A DNA stretch of 64,000 bases. It comes from Mycobacteriales bacterium (GTDB lineage: Bacteria > Actinomycetota > Actinomycetes > Mycobacteriales > QHCD01). A program made the position numbers and the translations under genes. The stretch is taken from positions 15,929 to 79,928 of the forward strand of contig DASXJE010000046.1 in assembly GCA_036497565.1 (NCBI GenBank). The letters run 5' to 3'. Positions 31,810-41,292 of the stretch are shown in pieces. Positions within the stretch are counted from its first letter, which is position 1; each line of letters starts with the position of its first letter. Below the pieces are notes generated by a model that was given only the letters and a program-made list of their open reading frames with translations, had not been told where the DNA came from and made no database searches.

Positions 31810-32739
31810 CTACGGCCGAATGCCCGTTACCAAAGCATTGTAAAACAGACCTTGGGGAACGATTCGGGCGAGAACCCGGCTGTCGAACCCCGCGAGCCGC
31901 TGCCAGCTGCGATAGCAGAACAACGCCCACGGCAGGCCGAGCCGGCCCTGCGCGACGGCGTATTCGAACGTGCGAGCGGGCCATCCGAACCACGCCGCGG
32001 TGAGCTCCTCGGTGGCCACCTCGACGTCGATCGCCCCGGCCGCCAGCGCCATTCGGCGCAGATCCCGCGGCGGGAAGGTGTGCAGGTCGACGACCGCTTC
32101 GAGCGCGGCGGCCCGGGACGACTCGTCCAGCTCCTGCTGCGGACGCCGCCACGCCGCCAGCGCCGGCAGCCGGGTGACCCGGGTGGTGGCCGCCCAGGTC
32201 AGCCGGGAGAGCCGCCGGGCGATCACGTCGCCGTAGCGGGTGGGTTCGCCGGCGAACAGGAAGCGGCCGCCCGGGCGCAGCACCCGCAGCACCTCGCGCA
32301 GCGACCGCTCGACGTCCGGGATGTGGTGCAGGACGGCGTGGCCGACGACGAGGTCGAAGCTCTCGTCCGGATAGGGGATCGACTCCGCGTCGGCGACGCG
32401 ACCCTCGACCTCGAAGCCCAGCGACTGCGCATTGCGCCGGGCGACCTCGACCATCTTCGGGCTGATGTCGGTGACGTGGCCCTCGCCGACCACACCGGCC
32501 TGCTTGAGGTTGAGCAGGAAAAACCCGGTGCCGCAGCCGACTTCGAGCACCTGCGGGTAGGGCCAGCCGGCCGTGCCGGCGAGCGTGGTGAACCGGTCGC
32601 GGGCGTAGTCGATGCACCGCTCGTCGTAGGAGATCGACCACTTCTCGTCGTAGCTCTGCGCCTCCCAGTCGTGGTAGAGCACGTTGGCAAGTTTCGGGTC
32701 GGCGTACGCCGCCGCGACCTCCTCGGGCGTCGCGGCCAT
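31810..32739 (-). CDS. Class I SAM-dependent methyltransferase, 309 aa
   Basis: Residue 141 of ORF 31810..33159 starts MAATPEEVAAAYADPKLAN. SAM motif I VLEVGCGTGFF. 1-nt TGATG overlap with the echA stop. Confidence 0.8.
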   Translation of the reverse strand: MAATPEEVAAAYADPKLANVLYHDWEAQSYDEKWSISYDERCIDYARDRFTTLAGTAGWPYPQVLEVGCGTGFFLLNLKQAGVVGEGHVTDISPKMVEVARRNAQSLGFEVEGRVADAESIPYPDESFDLVVGHAVLHHIPDVERSLREVLRVLRPGGRFLFAGEPTRYGDVIARRLSRLTWAATTRVTRLPALAAWRRPQQELDESSRAAALEAVVDLHTFPPRDLRRMALAAGAIDVEVATEELTAAWFGWPARTFEYAVAQGRLGLPWALFCYRSWQRLAGFDSRVLARIVPQGLFYNALVTGIRP

Positions 32740-33518
32740 CAGCGACCCACGAACTCGGCCTTGCCGGGGCCGTTGTCGACGAACGACCGCATCCCGATCG
32801 CCCGGTCCTCGGTGGCGAACAGTCCGGCGAACAGGTAACTCTCCAGGCGGAGCCCGGAGGCGAGGTCGGTGTCGAGCCCGCCGTCGATCGCGGCCTTCGC
32901 CGCCCGCAGGGCCTGCGCCGGGCCGGCGGCGTAGCGGCGGGCCATCTCGACCGCGGCGTCGTAGACCTCGGCGTCGGGCACCACCCGGTCGGCGAGACCG
33001 ATCGACGCGGCCTCGGCGGCGTCGACGAAGCGGCCGGTGAACACGATGTCCTTGGCCTTGGCCGGCCCGACGAGCCGGCCGAGGCGCTGCGTCCCGCCGG
33101 CCCCGGGGATGATCCCGAGCAGGATCTCGGGCTGGCCGAGTTTCGCGCCCGCACCGCACACCCGGAAGTCGGCGGTGAGGGCAAGCTCACACCCGCCGCC
33201 GAGCGCGTAACCGGTGACGGCGGCGACGACCGGCTTCGGGATCCGCGCGACCGCGTCGAACGCGCTGGTCAAGGCCCCCGCCCGCGCGGACATGTCGGAG
33301 TAGGTCATGTCGACCATCTCCTTGATGTCAGCGCCCGCGGCGAAGACGTCGGGGCCGCCGTAGACGACGACGGCGCGCACGTCGGAGCGCTCGCCGGCCT
33401 CGAGCGCGGCGGCCCGGATCTCCTCCTGAACGACGATGTTGAGCGCGTTCATCGGGGGCCGGTCCAGTCGGATCGTGCCGACCCCGTCCTCGACCTCAAG
33501 CGTGACGAACTGCGGCAC
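32739..33518 (-). CDS. Enoyl-CoA hydratase/isomerase, 259 aa
   Basis: Residue 175 (GTG) of ORF 32739..34040 starts VPQFVTLEVEDGVGTIRLDRPPMNAL. Crotonase motif GYALGGGCELAL. GGAGGAG SD 7 nt upstream. Confidence 0.9.
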   Translation of the reverse strand: MPQFVTLEVEDGVGTIRLDRPPMNALNIVVQEEIRAAALEAGERSDVRAVVVYGGPDVFAAGADIKEMVDMTYSDMSARAGALTSAFDAVARIPKPVVAAVTGYALGGGCELALTADFRVCGAGAKLGQPEILLGIIPGAGGTQRLGRLVGPAKAKDIVFTGRFVDAAEAASIGLADRVVPDAEVYDAAVEMARRYAAGPAQALRAAKAAIDGGLDTDLASGLRLESYLFAGLFATEDRAIGMRSFVDNGPGKAEFVGR

Positions 33519-33550
33519 CGTGGGTCTCCTCCCGCCAGGTTGGCGCGAGC

Positions 33551-34411
33551 CTACCGGCCGGTTTGCGGGGAGCCCTCCGCCGCCGGGTGCGACGACGCGC
33601 GCGCGAAGAAGCGTCCGTCCACCCGGTCCAGGGCCAGCGGCAAACCGAACGTCTTGGACAGGTTGTCCGCGGTGATCACGTCGTCGAGCAACCCTTGGGC
33701 GACCACGCCGCCGTCGCGCATCAGCATGGCATGGGTGAACCCGGGCGGGATCTCCTCGACGTGGTGCGTGACCAGCACCAGGGCGGGCGCGTCCGGGTCG
33801 GCGGCCAGCGTGGACAGCCGGGCGACCAGGTCCTCGCGGCCGCCGAGGTCGAGACCCGCGGCCGGCTCGTCCAGCAGCATGAGTTCGGGGTCGGTCATCA
33901 GGGCCCGGGCGATCTGCACCCGCTTGCGCTCGCCCTCCGACAGGGTTCCGAAGAGCCGGTCGGCGAGGTGCTCGGCGCCGACCTGACTTAGCAGCCGGGC
34001 GGCCCGGGCGTGGTCGGCGCGGTCGTAGTCCTCCCGCCACCGGCCCAATACGGCGTACCCGGCGCTGACGACCAGATCGCTCACCCGCTCCCCCGGCGGG
34101 ATCCGCTGCCCGACCGCGGCGCTGGTCAGCCCGATCCGCGGGCGCAACTCGAACACGTCGACCCGGCCGAGCCGCTCACCGAGCAGGTGCACGGTGCCGG
34201 TCGTCGGGTGCAGGTGGGCACCCGCGAGCTGGAGCAGGGTCGTCTTGCCGGCGCCGTTCGCGCCGAGCACCACCCACCGCTCGTCCAGCTCCACCGTCCA
34301 GGTGATGTCCCGGACGAGGTGCGCGTCGCCACGGCGTACGCCGACCCGGTCGAACGCCACGACGACGTCGTCCAGCACCCCGATCCGCTCCTCCTCGTCC
34401 ACGAGATCCAT
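33551..34411 (-). CDS. Stand-alone ABC transporter ATP-binding protein, 286 aa
   Basis: Residue 41 (ATG) of ORF 33551..34531. Walker A GANGAGKTT, signature LSEGERKR, Walker B LMLLDEP. No adjacent permease gene. Confidence 0.85.
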   Translation of the reverse strand: MDLVDEEERIGVLDDVVVAFDRVGVRRGDAHLVRDITWTVELDERWVVLGANGAGKTTLLQLAGAHLHPTTGTVHLLGERLGRVDVFELRPRIGLTSAAVGQRIPPGERVSDLVVSAGYAVLGRWREDYDRADHARAARLLSQVGAEHLADRLFGTLSEGERKRVQIARALMTDPELMLLDEPAAGLDLGGREDLVARLSTLAADPDAPALVLVTHHVEEIPPGFTHAMLMRDGGVVAQGLLDDVITADNLSKTFGLPLALDRVDGRFFARASSHPAAEGSPQTGR

Positions 34412-34454
34412 CCAACCGCACGCCCGGATCGCGGCGACGGCTAGGTTGACCCCG

Positions 34455-36587
34455 GTGACGACTCCGCACGACCCTCCATGGCCCGGGCGGCCCACCCCGC
34501 TCGGGGCGACGTACGACGGGTCGGGCACCAACTTCGCGATGTGGAGCGCCGGCGCCGCCGGGGTCGACCTCTGCCTCTTCGGTCCAGGGGGCGAGGAGAC
34601 CAGGATCGAGCTGGAGGAATCGACCTACCACGTCTGGCACGGCTACCTCCCCCGGATCGGGCCCGGCCAGCGCTACGGCTACCGGGTCCGCGGCCCCTAC
34701 GACCCGTCCCGCGGGCTGCGCTACAACCCGGCCAAGCTGCTGCTCGACCCCTACGCCCGGGCGATCGACGGCGGCTTCGTGCCCGACGACGCGGTCCGCG
34801 GCTACGCCACCGACCCCCGCACCGGACCGGCCGACAGCCGCGACTCCGCCCCCTACGTCCCCCGTTCCGTCGTCGTGTCCCGCCGCGACCGGCGCGGCAG
34901 CTGGAACCGCCCGGCGGTGCCCTGGGAGGACACGGTCATCTACGAGCTGCACGTCCGCGGCTTCACGATGGCCCATCCCGAGGTTCCCGAGGAGCAGCGC
35001 GGCACCTTCTCCGGGCTGGCGCACCCGGCGGTCGTCGCGCACCTCAAGGGGCTTGGTGTGACGGCCGTCGAGCTCCAGCCGGTGCAGCAGTTCGTCACCG
35101 AGCCTGCCGTGAGCGCACGGGGGCTGACCAACTACTGGGGCTACAACACGATCGGGTACTTCGCCCCGCACTCGGCGTACGCGGCGGCGGGGTCGGCCGG
35201 CGGGCAGGTCGCGGAGTTCCGGGAGATGGTGCGCACCCTGCACGCCGCCGGTATCGAGGTGATCCTCGACGTCGTCTACAACCACACCGCCGAAGGCGAC
35301 GAATCCGGTCCGACGCTGTCCTTCCGCGGCATCGACAACGTCGGCTACTACCGGCTCCGGCAGGGCGACCGGAGCCGCTACGCCGACTACACCGGCTGCG
35401 GCAACACCCTCGACGTACGCCATCCCTACGTGCTGCAGATGCTGATGGACTCGCTGCGCTACTGGGTCACCGAGATGGGCGTCGACGGCTTCCGCTTCGA
35501 CCTCGCCTCGGCGCTGGCGCGCTCCATGCACGACGTCGACAAACTGTCGGCGTTCTTCGACGTCGTACACCAGGACCCGGTGGTCTCGACCGTGAAACTG
35601 ATCGCCGAGCCGTGGGACGTCGGCGAGGGCGGCTACCAGGTCGGCGAGTTTCCTCCACTGTGGACGGAATGGAACGGCCGGTACCGCGACACGGTGCGCC
35701 ATTTCTGGGCCAAGAGCCACGCCGGTGTCGCGGATCTGGGCTATCGCCTCACCGGCTCCTCCGACCTCTACGCCGACGACGGGCGCCGGCCGTTCGCCTC
35801 GGTGAACTTCGTCACCTGCCACGACGGTTTCACGATGCGCGATCTCACGACCTACGACCGCAAGCACAACGAGGCCAACGGCGAGAACAACCGCGACGGC
35901 ACCGACGACAACCACTCGTGGAACTCCGGCGTCGAGGGCGAGACAGACGATCCCGACGTGAACCGGCTGCGCCGCCGCCAGGTCCGCAACCTGATGGCCA
36001 CCGTGTTGCTGTCGACCGGCGTACCGATGCTGCTGGCGGGTGACGAGTTCCGACACACCCAGTTCGGCAACAACAACGCCTACTGCCTCGACTCGCCGAT
36101 CAACTGGCTCGACTGGTCGCCGGATGCCGATGCGCAACGGCTCGCCGCGTTCGTCGCTGAGCTGACCGCGCTACGGAGCCGGTCACCGGTGCTGCGGCAG
36201 CGACGTTTTCTCGGCGGCAACCCGGTGGCCGACGGCGGCGGCCGGCGCGACCTCGCCTGGTTCCGGCCGGACGGGGCCGAAATGACCACCGCCGACTGGA
36301 CCTCGCCGACGACCTCGACGCTCGGCATGTACCTGGACGGGCACGGGATCAAGCAACGCGGTCCGCGCGGCGAGACGGTGATCGACGACAGCTACCTGCT
36401 GCTCATGCACACCGGGTCGGACACCGCCCGGGTCACACTGCCCGGACTGCCCTGGGCGTCGGCCTACGACGTCGTGGTCGACACGGCCGAGGAGACCGGC
36501 TCCCGGCCGGAACCGACGACACTGCAGCCCGACGTACCGGTGCCGATGATCCCGCACAGTCTGCTGCTCTTGCGTGCCCGCCGGTGA
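34455..36587 (+). CDS. glgX: Glycogen debranching enzyme GlgX (GH13), about 710 aa; start is GTG 34455 or TTG 34446
   Basis: In frame with ORF 34194..36587. Begins (L)TPVTTPHDPPWPGRPTPLGATYDGSGTNF. GH13 regions VILDVVYNHT, GFRFDLAS, EPWD and FVTCHDGFT. Confidence 0.9.
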   Translation: MTTPHDPPWPGRPTPLGATYDGSGTNFAMWSAGAAGVDLCLFGPGGEETRIELEESTYHVWHGYLPRIGPGQRYGYRVRGPYDPSRGLRYNPAKLLLDPYARAIDGGFVPDDAVRGYATDPRTGPADSRDSAPYVPRSVVVSRRDRRGSWNRPAVPWEDTVIYELHVRGFTMAHPEVPEEQRGTFSGLAHPAVVAHLKGLGVTAVELQPVQQFVTEPAVSARGLTNYWGYNTIGYFAPHSAYAAAGSAGGQVAEFREMVRTLHAAGIEVILDVVYNHTAEGDESGPTLSFRGIDNVGYYRLRQGDRSRYADYTGCGNTLDVRHPYVLQMLMDSLRYWVTEMGVDGFRFDLASALARSMHDVDKLSAFFDVVHQDPVVSTVKLIAEPWDVGEGGYQVGEFPPLWTEWNGRYRDTVRHFWAKSHAGVADLGYRLTGSSDLYADDGRRPFASVNFVTCHDGFTMRDLTTYDRKHNEANGENNRDGTDDNHSWNSGVEGETDDPDVNRLRRRQVRNLMATVLLSTGVPMLLAGDEFRHTQFGNNNAYCLDSPINWLDWSPDADAQRLAAFVAELTALRSRSPVLRQRRFLGGNPVADGGGRRDLAWFRPDGAEMTTADWTSPTTSTLGMYLDGHGIKQRGPRGETVIDDSYLLLMHTGSDTARVTLPGLPWASAYDVVVDTAEETGSRPEPTTLQPDVPVPMIPHSLLLLRARR

Positions 36588-36612
36588 CGACGACCGACCG
36601 AAGGAGATTTCC

Positions 36613-37452
36613 GTGACCACCGACCTCGACCTGTTCACCGCAACCGTCCACTGCGACGGCTTCACCGCCGGTATCGAGGGGCCGTCCTGCGACGCCGACG
36701 GGGTTCTCTACGCCGTCAACTTCGGTGAGGAGGGGACGATCGGGCGCGTCACCGCCGACGGCGAGGCATCGGTGTGGGCGACCCTGCCGGAGGGAAGTGT
36801 CGGCAACGGCATCGTGATCAGCCCGGACGGCACGATGTACGTCGCCGACTACACCGGGCACAACGTGCTGCGGATCGACCCGGAGTCCCGCGCGATCACC
36901 GTGCACGCCCACCAGCCACTGATGAACCAGCCCAACGACCTGGCCATCCGCCCGGACGGCCTCATCTTCGCCAGCGACCCGAACTGGTCGAACGGCACCG
37001 GGCAGCTCTGGCGGGTCGACCGCGACGGATCGACGACGGTGCTCGAGGCCGACATGGGGACGACCAACGGCATCGAGGTGTCTCCCGACGCGGCCACCCT
37101 CTACCTCAACGAAACCGTGCAGCGGACGGTGTGGGCCTACGATCTGGCCGCCGACGGCACGATCGACAACAAGCGGTTGATCCACCGCTTTGCCGACCAC
37201 GGGCTGGACGGCATGCGCTGCGACGCGGAGGGCACGCTGTGGGTCGCGCGGCACGGCAAGGGCACGGTCGTCGCCCTCTCACCGGACGGCGACGTCATCC
37301 GGGAGATCGACCTGGTCAGCGGGAAACTGTGCACCAACGTCGCGTTCGGCGGCAGCGACGGGCGCACCGTGCACGTGACGGTCGCCGACGAGGGGACGGT
37401 CGAGCGGTTCCGCACCGCCGTTCCGGGCCGGGCGCCGTTCCCCCGTCCCTGA
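36613..37452 (+). CDS. SMP-30/gluconolactonase/LRE-family beta-propeller protein, 279 aa
   Basis: Residue 14 (GTG) of ORF 36574..37452, with an AAGGAG SD at 36601-36606. Propeller repeats with NDLAIRPDG, TNGIEVSPD and CTNVAFGG. Confidence 0.85.
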   Translation: MTTDLDLFTATVHCDGFTAGIEGPSCDADGVLYAVNFGEEGTIGRVTADGEASVWATLPEGSVGNGIVISPDGTMYVADYTGHNVLRIDPESRAITVHAHQPLMNQPNDLAIRPDGLIFASDPNWSNGTGQLWRVDRDGSTTVLEADMGTTNGIEVSPDAATLYLNETVQRTVWAYDLAADGTIDNKRLIHRFADHGLDGMRCDAEGTLWVARHGKGTVVALSPDGDVIREIDLVSGKLCTNVAFGGSDGRTVHVTVADEGTVERFRTAVPGRAPFPRP

Positions 37453-37497
37453 CACCTCGTCTCTGCGGTCGGCGACCCACTGCCGGCGACGTGACGG

Positions 37498-37558
37498 CGA
37501 CATCGGACGCTGTACTCGCATTTTCACGCCCCAGATGCGAGTACAACGTCCTACGTCG
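37498..37558. repeat. Solitary, diverged copy of the 23-15-23 hairpin element found in tandem at 55.5 kb
   Basis: CGACATCGGACGCTGTACTCGCA, a 15-nt loop, then TGCGAGTACAACGTCCTACGTCG. 20 of 23 arm positions pair. Same geometry and core (CGACATCG...TACTCGCA / TGCGAGTA...) as the units at 55467-55691. Lies between convergent genes. Confidence 0.75.
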
Positions 37559-37595
37559 GCCGGCGGACACGCCCAAGCGGGCGAGCCATCGCGAC

Positions 37596-40157
37596 TCAGG
37601 CCAGGGTTACGACGCCCAGATCGGCCGGCGTGGCCAGCAGCTCGTGCCGGGGCACGACCCGCACGGTGTAGCCGAACGCACCGGTGCGCGACAGCGGAAC
37701 CTCGACGCCGTAGTGCAGGTGCCCGTCCGCGTCTCCGGCCGGCGCCATCGACGAGACCGCGACGTCGTGCAGCCGGTTGACGTCGTCGACCCGGCCGTAG
37801 ACCGCCTGGACGTCGACGTCGTCCGGGGAGAGACCCGCGAGGTCGACCTCGGCGCGCAGCGCGAGCTTCGCACCCAGCGCCGGCGTGTCGCCGGCCCCAC
37901 CGGAATCGACATGCCGCACCCGGACACCCGGCCACCGGTCGAGCACCCGGGTCCGCCAGGCAGCCAACGCCTTCGCCCCGGCGTAGTCGTCCGCGGCGAG
38001 CCGGGCGGAGGTCGCCGCCGCCGGCGCATACAGCTCGCGGACGTAGTCGCGCACCATCCGGGTCGCCTGCACCTTCGGCCCGAGCGACTTGAGGGTGTGC
38101 CGCACCATCTCGACCCAGCGGGTGGGCACGCCGGCCAGGTCCCGGTCGTAGAACCGCGGCGTCACCTGGTTCTCGACCATGTCGTAGAGAGCCGCCGCCT
38201 CGAGTGCGTCGCGGCGGTCGCCGTCTTCGATGCCGTCCGCGGTCGGGATCACCCACCCGTTGCCGCCGTCGTACATCTCGTCCCACCAGCCGTCACGGAT
38301 CGACAGGTTCAGCCCGCCGTTGAGCGCGGACTTCATCCCCGAGGTCCCGCACGCCTCGAGCGGCCGCAGCGGGTTGTTGAGCCACACGTCGCACCCGGCG
38401 TAGAGCACCTTCGCCATGTCCATGTCGTAGTTCGGCAGGAAGACGATGCGATGGCGCACCTCCGGGTCGTCGGCGAAGCGCACCATCTGCTGGATCAGCG
38501 ACTTGCCCGGGTCGTCGTTGGGGTGCGACTTGCCGGCGATCACCAACTGCACGGGGCGCTGCGGGTCGAGCAGCAGCCGGCGCAGCCGTTCCGGGTCACG
38601 CAGCATGAGGGTCAGCCGCTTGTACGACGGGACCCGGCGGGCGAAGCCGATGGTGAGTACGTCGGGGTCGAAGACCTGCGCGGTCCAGCCGAGTTCGGCG
38701 GCCGGCATCCCGCGCTGCAGGTAGGACGCACGCACCCGCCGGCGTACCTCCTCGATCAGCCGTTCCCGCATCATCCGGCGGATCGACCAGATCGTGTCGG
38801 CCGGTAGCCGGTCGACGATCTCCCACCCGTCACCCTGGGCGAGGCGGGCCGGGTCGATCTCCCGCTCGACGATGTCGATCATCTCCCGACCCGTCCAGGT
38901 CGGTGCGTGTACGCCGTTGGTCACCGAGCTGATCGGCACCTCGTCGGTGTCGAAGCCCGGCCACAGCCGCCCGAACATGTCCCGGCTGACCCGGCCGTGC
39001 AGCTTGCTGACCCCGTTGGCGCGCTGGGCGAGACGCAGCCCCATGTGGGCCATGTTGAACAGCGCCGGGTCCTCCTCCGCGCCCAGCTGCACGATCCGCT
39101 CGGTCGGTGTCTGCGGCGACTCGTTCGCGCCGCCGAAGTAGGCCCGCACCAGGTCCCGGGTGAACCGGTCGATGCCCGCGGGCACCGGCGTGTGGGTGGT
39201 GAACACCGTGCCGGCCCGCACCGCCTGCGCGGCGTCGTCGAAGGAGAGACCCCTGCCCTCGGTGAGCTCGCGGATGCGCTCCACCCCGAGGAACCCGGCG
39301 TGGCCCTCGTTGGTGTGGAACACCTCCGGCTGCGGGTCCCCGGTGATCTCGCAGTAGGCGCGTACGGCGCGGACGCCGCCTATGCCGAGCAGCATCTCCT
39401 GCTGGAGCCGGTGGTCGGCGTTGCCGCCGTAGAGCTTGTCGGTGACCTGACGCTCCGGGGCGTCGTTCTCCTCGATGTCGGAGTCGAGCAGCAGCAGCGG
39501 CACCCGGCCGACCTGCGCCTTCCACACCTGGGCGGCCACCGACCGCCCGTCGAGCAACCCCACCCGGACCCGCAGCTCCGTGCCGTCCGGGTCGCGCAGC
39601 AACGCCAGCGGGAGGCCGTGCGGGTCGATCGACGGGTACTGCTCGAGCTGCCACCCGTCCGGGGACAGCGACTGGGCGAAGTAGCCGGCCCGGTAGAGCA
39701 GTCCGACCCCGATGATCGGGACGCCGAGGTCGGAAGCGGCCTTGAGGTGGTCGCCGGCGAGGATCCCGAGGCCGCCCGAATACTGCGGCAGCACCTCGGC
39801 GACCCCGAACTCCGGCGAGAAGTAGGCGATCGACCGGGGCGCGTCGGTGAGCGTCTGATACCAGCGGTCGCCGGTGAGGTAGCTCTCGAGGTCGTCGGCG
39901 GCGTCGGAGAGTCGCCGCCGGAACCGCCGGTCCCGGGCGAGCGCCGCCAGCCGCTCGGCCGAGACGGCGCCGAGCAGGCGGACCGGGTCGCCCCCGCAGT
40001 CCCGCCACAGCTCGGGGTCGACCGACTCGAGCAGGTCGAGTGACTCGGTATGCCAGCACCACCGCAGATTCATCACGAGCTCGTCCAGTACGGCGAGCTC
40101 GGGCGGCAGGGTGGGGCGGACGGTGAAACGACGCAGTGCTCTCACGGGCGCCGACAC
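37596..40157 (-). CDS. glgP: Alpha-glucan (glycogen/maltodextrin) phosphorylase, GT35, 853 aa
   Basis: ORF 37596..40157, GTG start. PLP-lysine region EACGTSGMKSALNGGLNLSIRDGWW. Confidence 0.9.
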   Translation of the reverse strand: MSAPVRALRRFTVRPTLPPELAVLDELVMNLRWCWHTESLDLLESVDPELWRDCGGDPVRLLGAVSAERLAALARDRRFRRRLSDAADDLESYLTGDRWYQTLTDAPRSIAYFSPEFGVAEVLPQYSGGLGILAGDHLKAASDLGVPIIGVGLLYRAGYFAQSLSPDGWQLEQYPSIDPHGLPLALLRDPDGTELRVRVGLLDGRSVAAQVWKAQVGRVPLLLLDSDIEENDAPERQVTDKLYGGNADHRLQQEMLLGIGGVRAVRAYCEITGDPQPEVFHTNEGHAGFLGVERIRELTEGRGLSFDDAAQAVRAGTVFTTHTPVPAGIDRFTRDLVRAYFGGANESPQTPTERIVQLGAEEDPALFNMAHMGLRLAQRANGVSKLHGRVSRDMFGRLWPGFDTDEVPISSVTNGVHAPTWTGREMIDIVEREIDPARLAQGDGWEIVDRLPADTIWSIRRMMRERLIEEVRRRVRASYLQRGMPAAELGWTAQVFDPDVLTIGFARRVPSYKRLTLMLRDPERLRRLLLDPQRPVQLVIAGKSHPNDDPGKSLIQQMVRFADDPEVRHRIVFLPNYDMDMAKVLYAGCDVWLNNPLRPLEACGTSGMKSALNGGLNLSIRDGWWDEMYDGGNGWVIPTADGIEDGDRRDALEAAALYDMVENQVTPRFYDRDLAGVPTRWVEMVRHTLKSLGPKVQATRMVRDYVRELYAPAAATSARLAADDYAGAKALAAWRTRVLDRWPGVRVRHVDSGGAGDTPALGAKLALRAEVDLAGLSPDDVDVQAVYGRVDDVNRLHDVAVSSMAPAGDADGHLHYGVEVPLSRTGAFGYTVRVVPRHELLATPADLGVVTLA

Positions 40158-40190
40158 TACCGGCGCGGACGGGCGCCGCGTGCCACACCG

Positions 40191-41222
40191 TCAGTGATCG
40201 CTCGAACGGCTCCACTCGAGCAGCCGATCGGCCGACCAGGTGTTGACGATCGACTGCTCCGGTACGCCGCACGCGCTCGCGCGTTCGCACCCATAGGGAA
40301 GCCAGTCGAGCTGCCCCGGGGCGTGCGCGTCGCTGTCGATCGAGATCAGGCACTCCGCCTCGACGGCGAGCCGGAGCAGCCGTTTCGGCGGGTCGAGCCG
40401 CTCCGGGCGGGAGTTGACCTCGACCGCCACACCGAACCGCTTGCACGCCGCGAAGACGATCTCCGCGTCGAAGTCCGATTCGGGTCGGTGTCGCTTACCG
40501 GTCACCATCCGCCCGGTGCAGTGGCCGAGTATGTCGGTGTGCCGGTTGGCGACCGCGGCGACCATCCGCGCCGTCATCGCGTCCCGTTCCATACGAAGTC
40601 CACTGTGGACACTCGCCACCACGACGTCGAGCCGATCGAGCAGGTCGCCCTGCTGGTCGAGGCGGCCGTCGTCGAGGATGTCGACCTCGATCCCGGTCAG
40701 CAGCCGGAACGGCGCGAGCCGGTCGTTGACCTCGTCGACCACGTCGAGCTGCGCCCGCAACCGGTCGGCAGTGAGTCCTCGGGCGACCGTGAGCCGCGGC
40801 GAGTGGTCGGTCAGCGCGGCGTATTCGTGGCCGAGCGCCTGCGCGGCCCGGGCCATCTCCTCGATCGGAGATCCCCCGTCGGACCAGTCGCTGTGGGTGT
40901 GCAGGTCGCCGCGAAGACTCCGCCGGAGCGCGTCGCCGGCCTCGGCGACCGACGTACCCGCCGTCGCGTCGAGCCGGCGCAGGTAGACCGGCTCCTCCCC
41001 GGCGAGCGACTCCGCGATGCATCGCGCGGTCACGTCGCCGACCCCGGGCAGCTCGGCGAGCGTGCCGGCCCGCGCCCTGGCCTCGACCTCGGACCGGTCG
41101 AGCCCGTCGAGCGCCGCCGCCGCCCGCCGGAAGGCCCGCACCCGGTAGGTCTGCTCCTGCGCCCGCTCGAGCAGGAAGGCGATCCGCCGGAGGTCGTCGC
41201 GGGGATCGCGGGCGCCGGGCAT
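40191..41222 (-). CDS. PHP-domain phosphoesterase with N-terminal helix-hairpin-helix (PolX C-terminal-like), 343 aa
   Basis: Residue 121 of ORF 40191..41582 starts MPGARDPRDDLRRIAFLLERA. HhH LAELPGVGDVTA, PHP motifs GDLHTHSDWSDG and DSDAH. Confidence 0.82.
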   Translation of the reverse strand: MPGARDPRDDLRRIAFLLERAQEQTYRVRAFRRAAAALDGLDRSEVEARARAGTLAELPGVGDVTARCIAESLAGEEPVYLRRLDATAGTSVAEAGDALRRSLRGDLHTHSDWSDGGSPIEEMARAAQALGHEYAALTDHSPRLTVARGLTADRLRAQLDVVDEVNDRLAPFRLLTGIEVDILDDGRLDQQGDLLDRLDVVVASVHSGLRMERDAMTARMVAAVANRHTDILGHCTGRMVTGKRHRPESDFDAEIVFAACKRFGVAVEVNSRPERLDPPKRLLRLAVEAECLISIDSDAHAPGQLDWLPYGCERASACGVPEQSIVNTWSADRLLEWSRSSDH

Positions 41223-41292
41223 GCCGCGATTGTGCTCGATCCGCCCGGGCCGGCCGGACCCCGGTCGCCGGCCGACGTGGCAGGCTCGGCCC

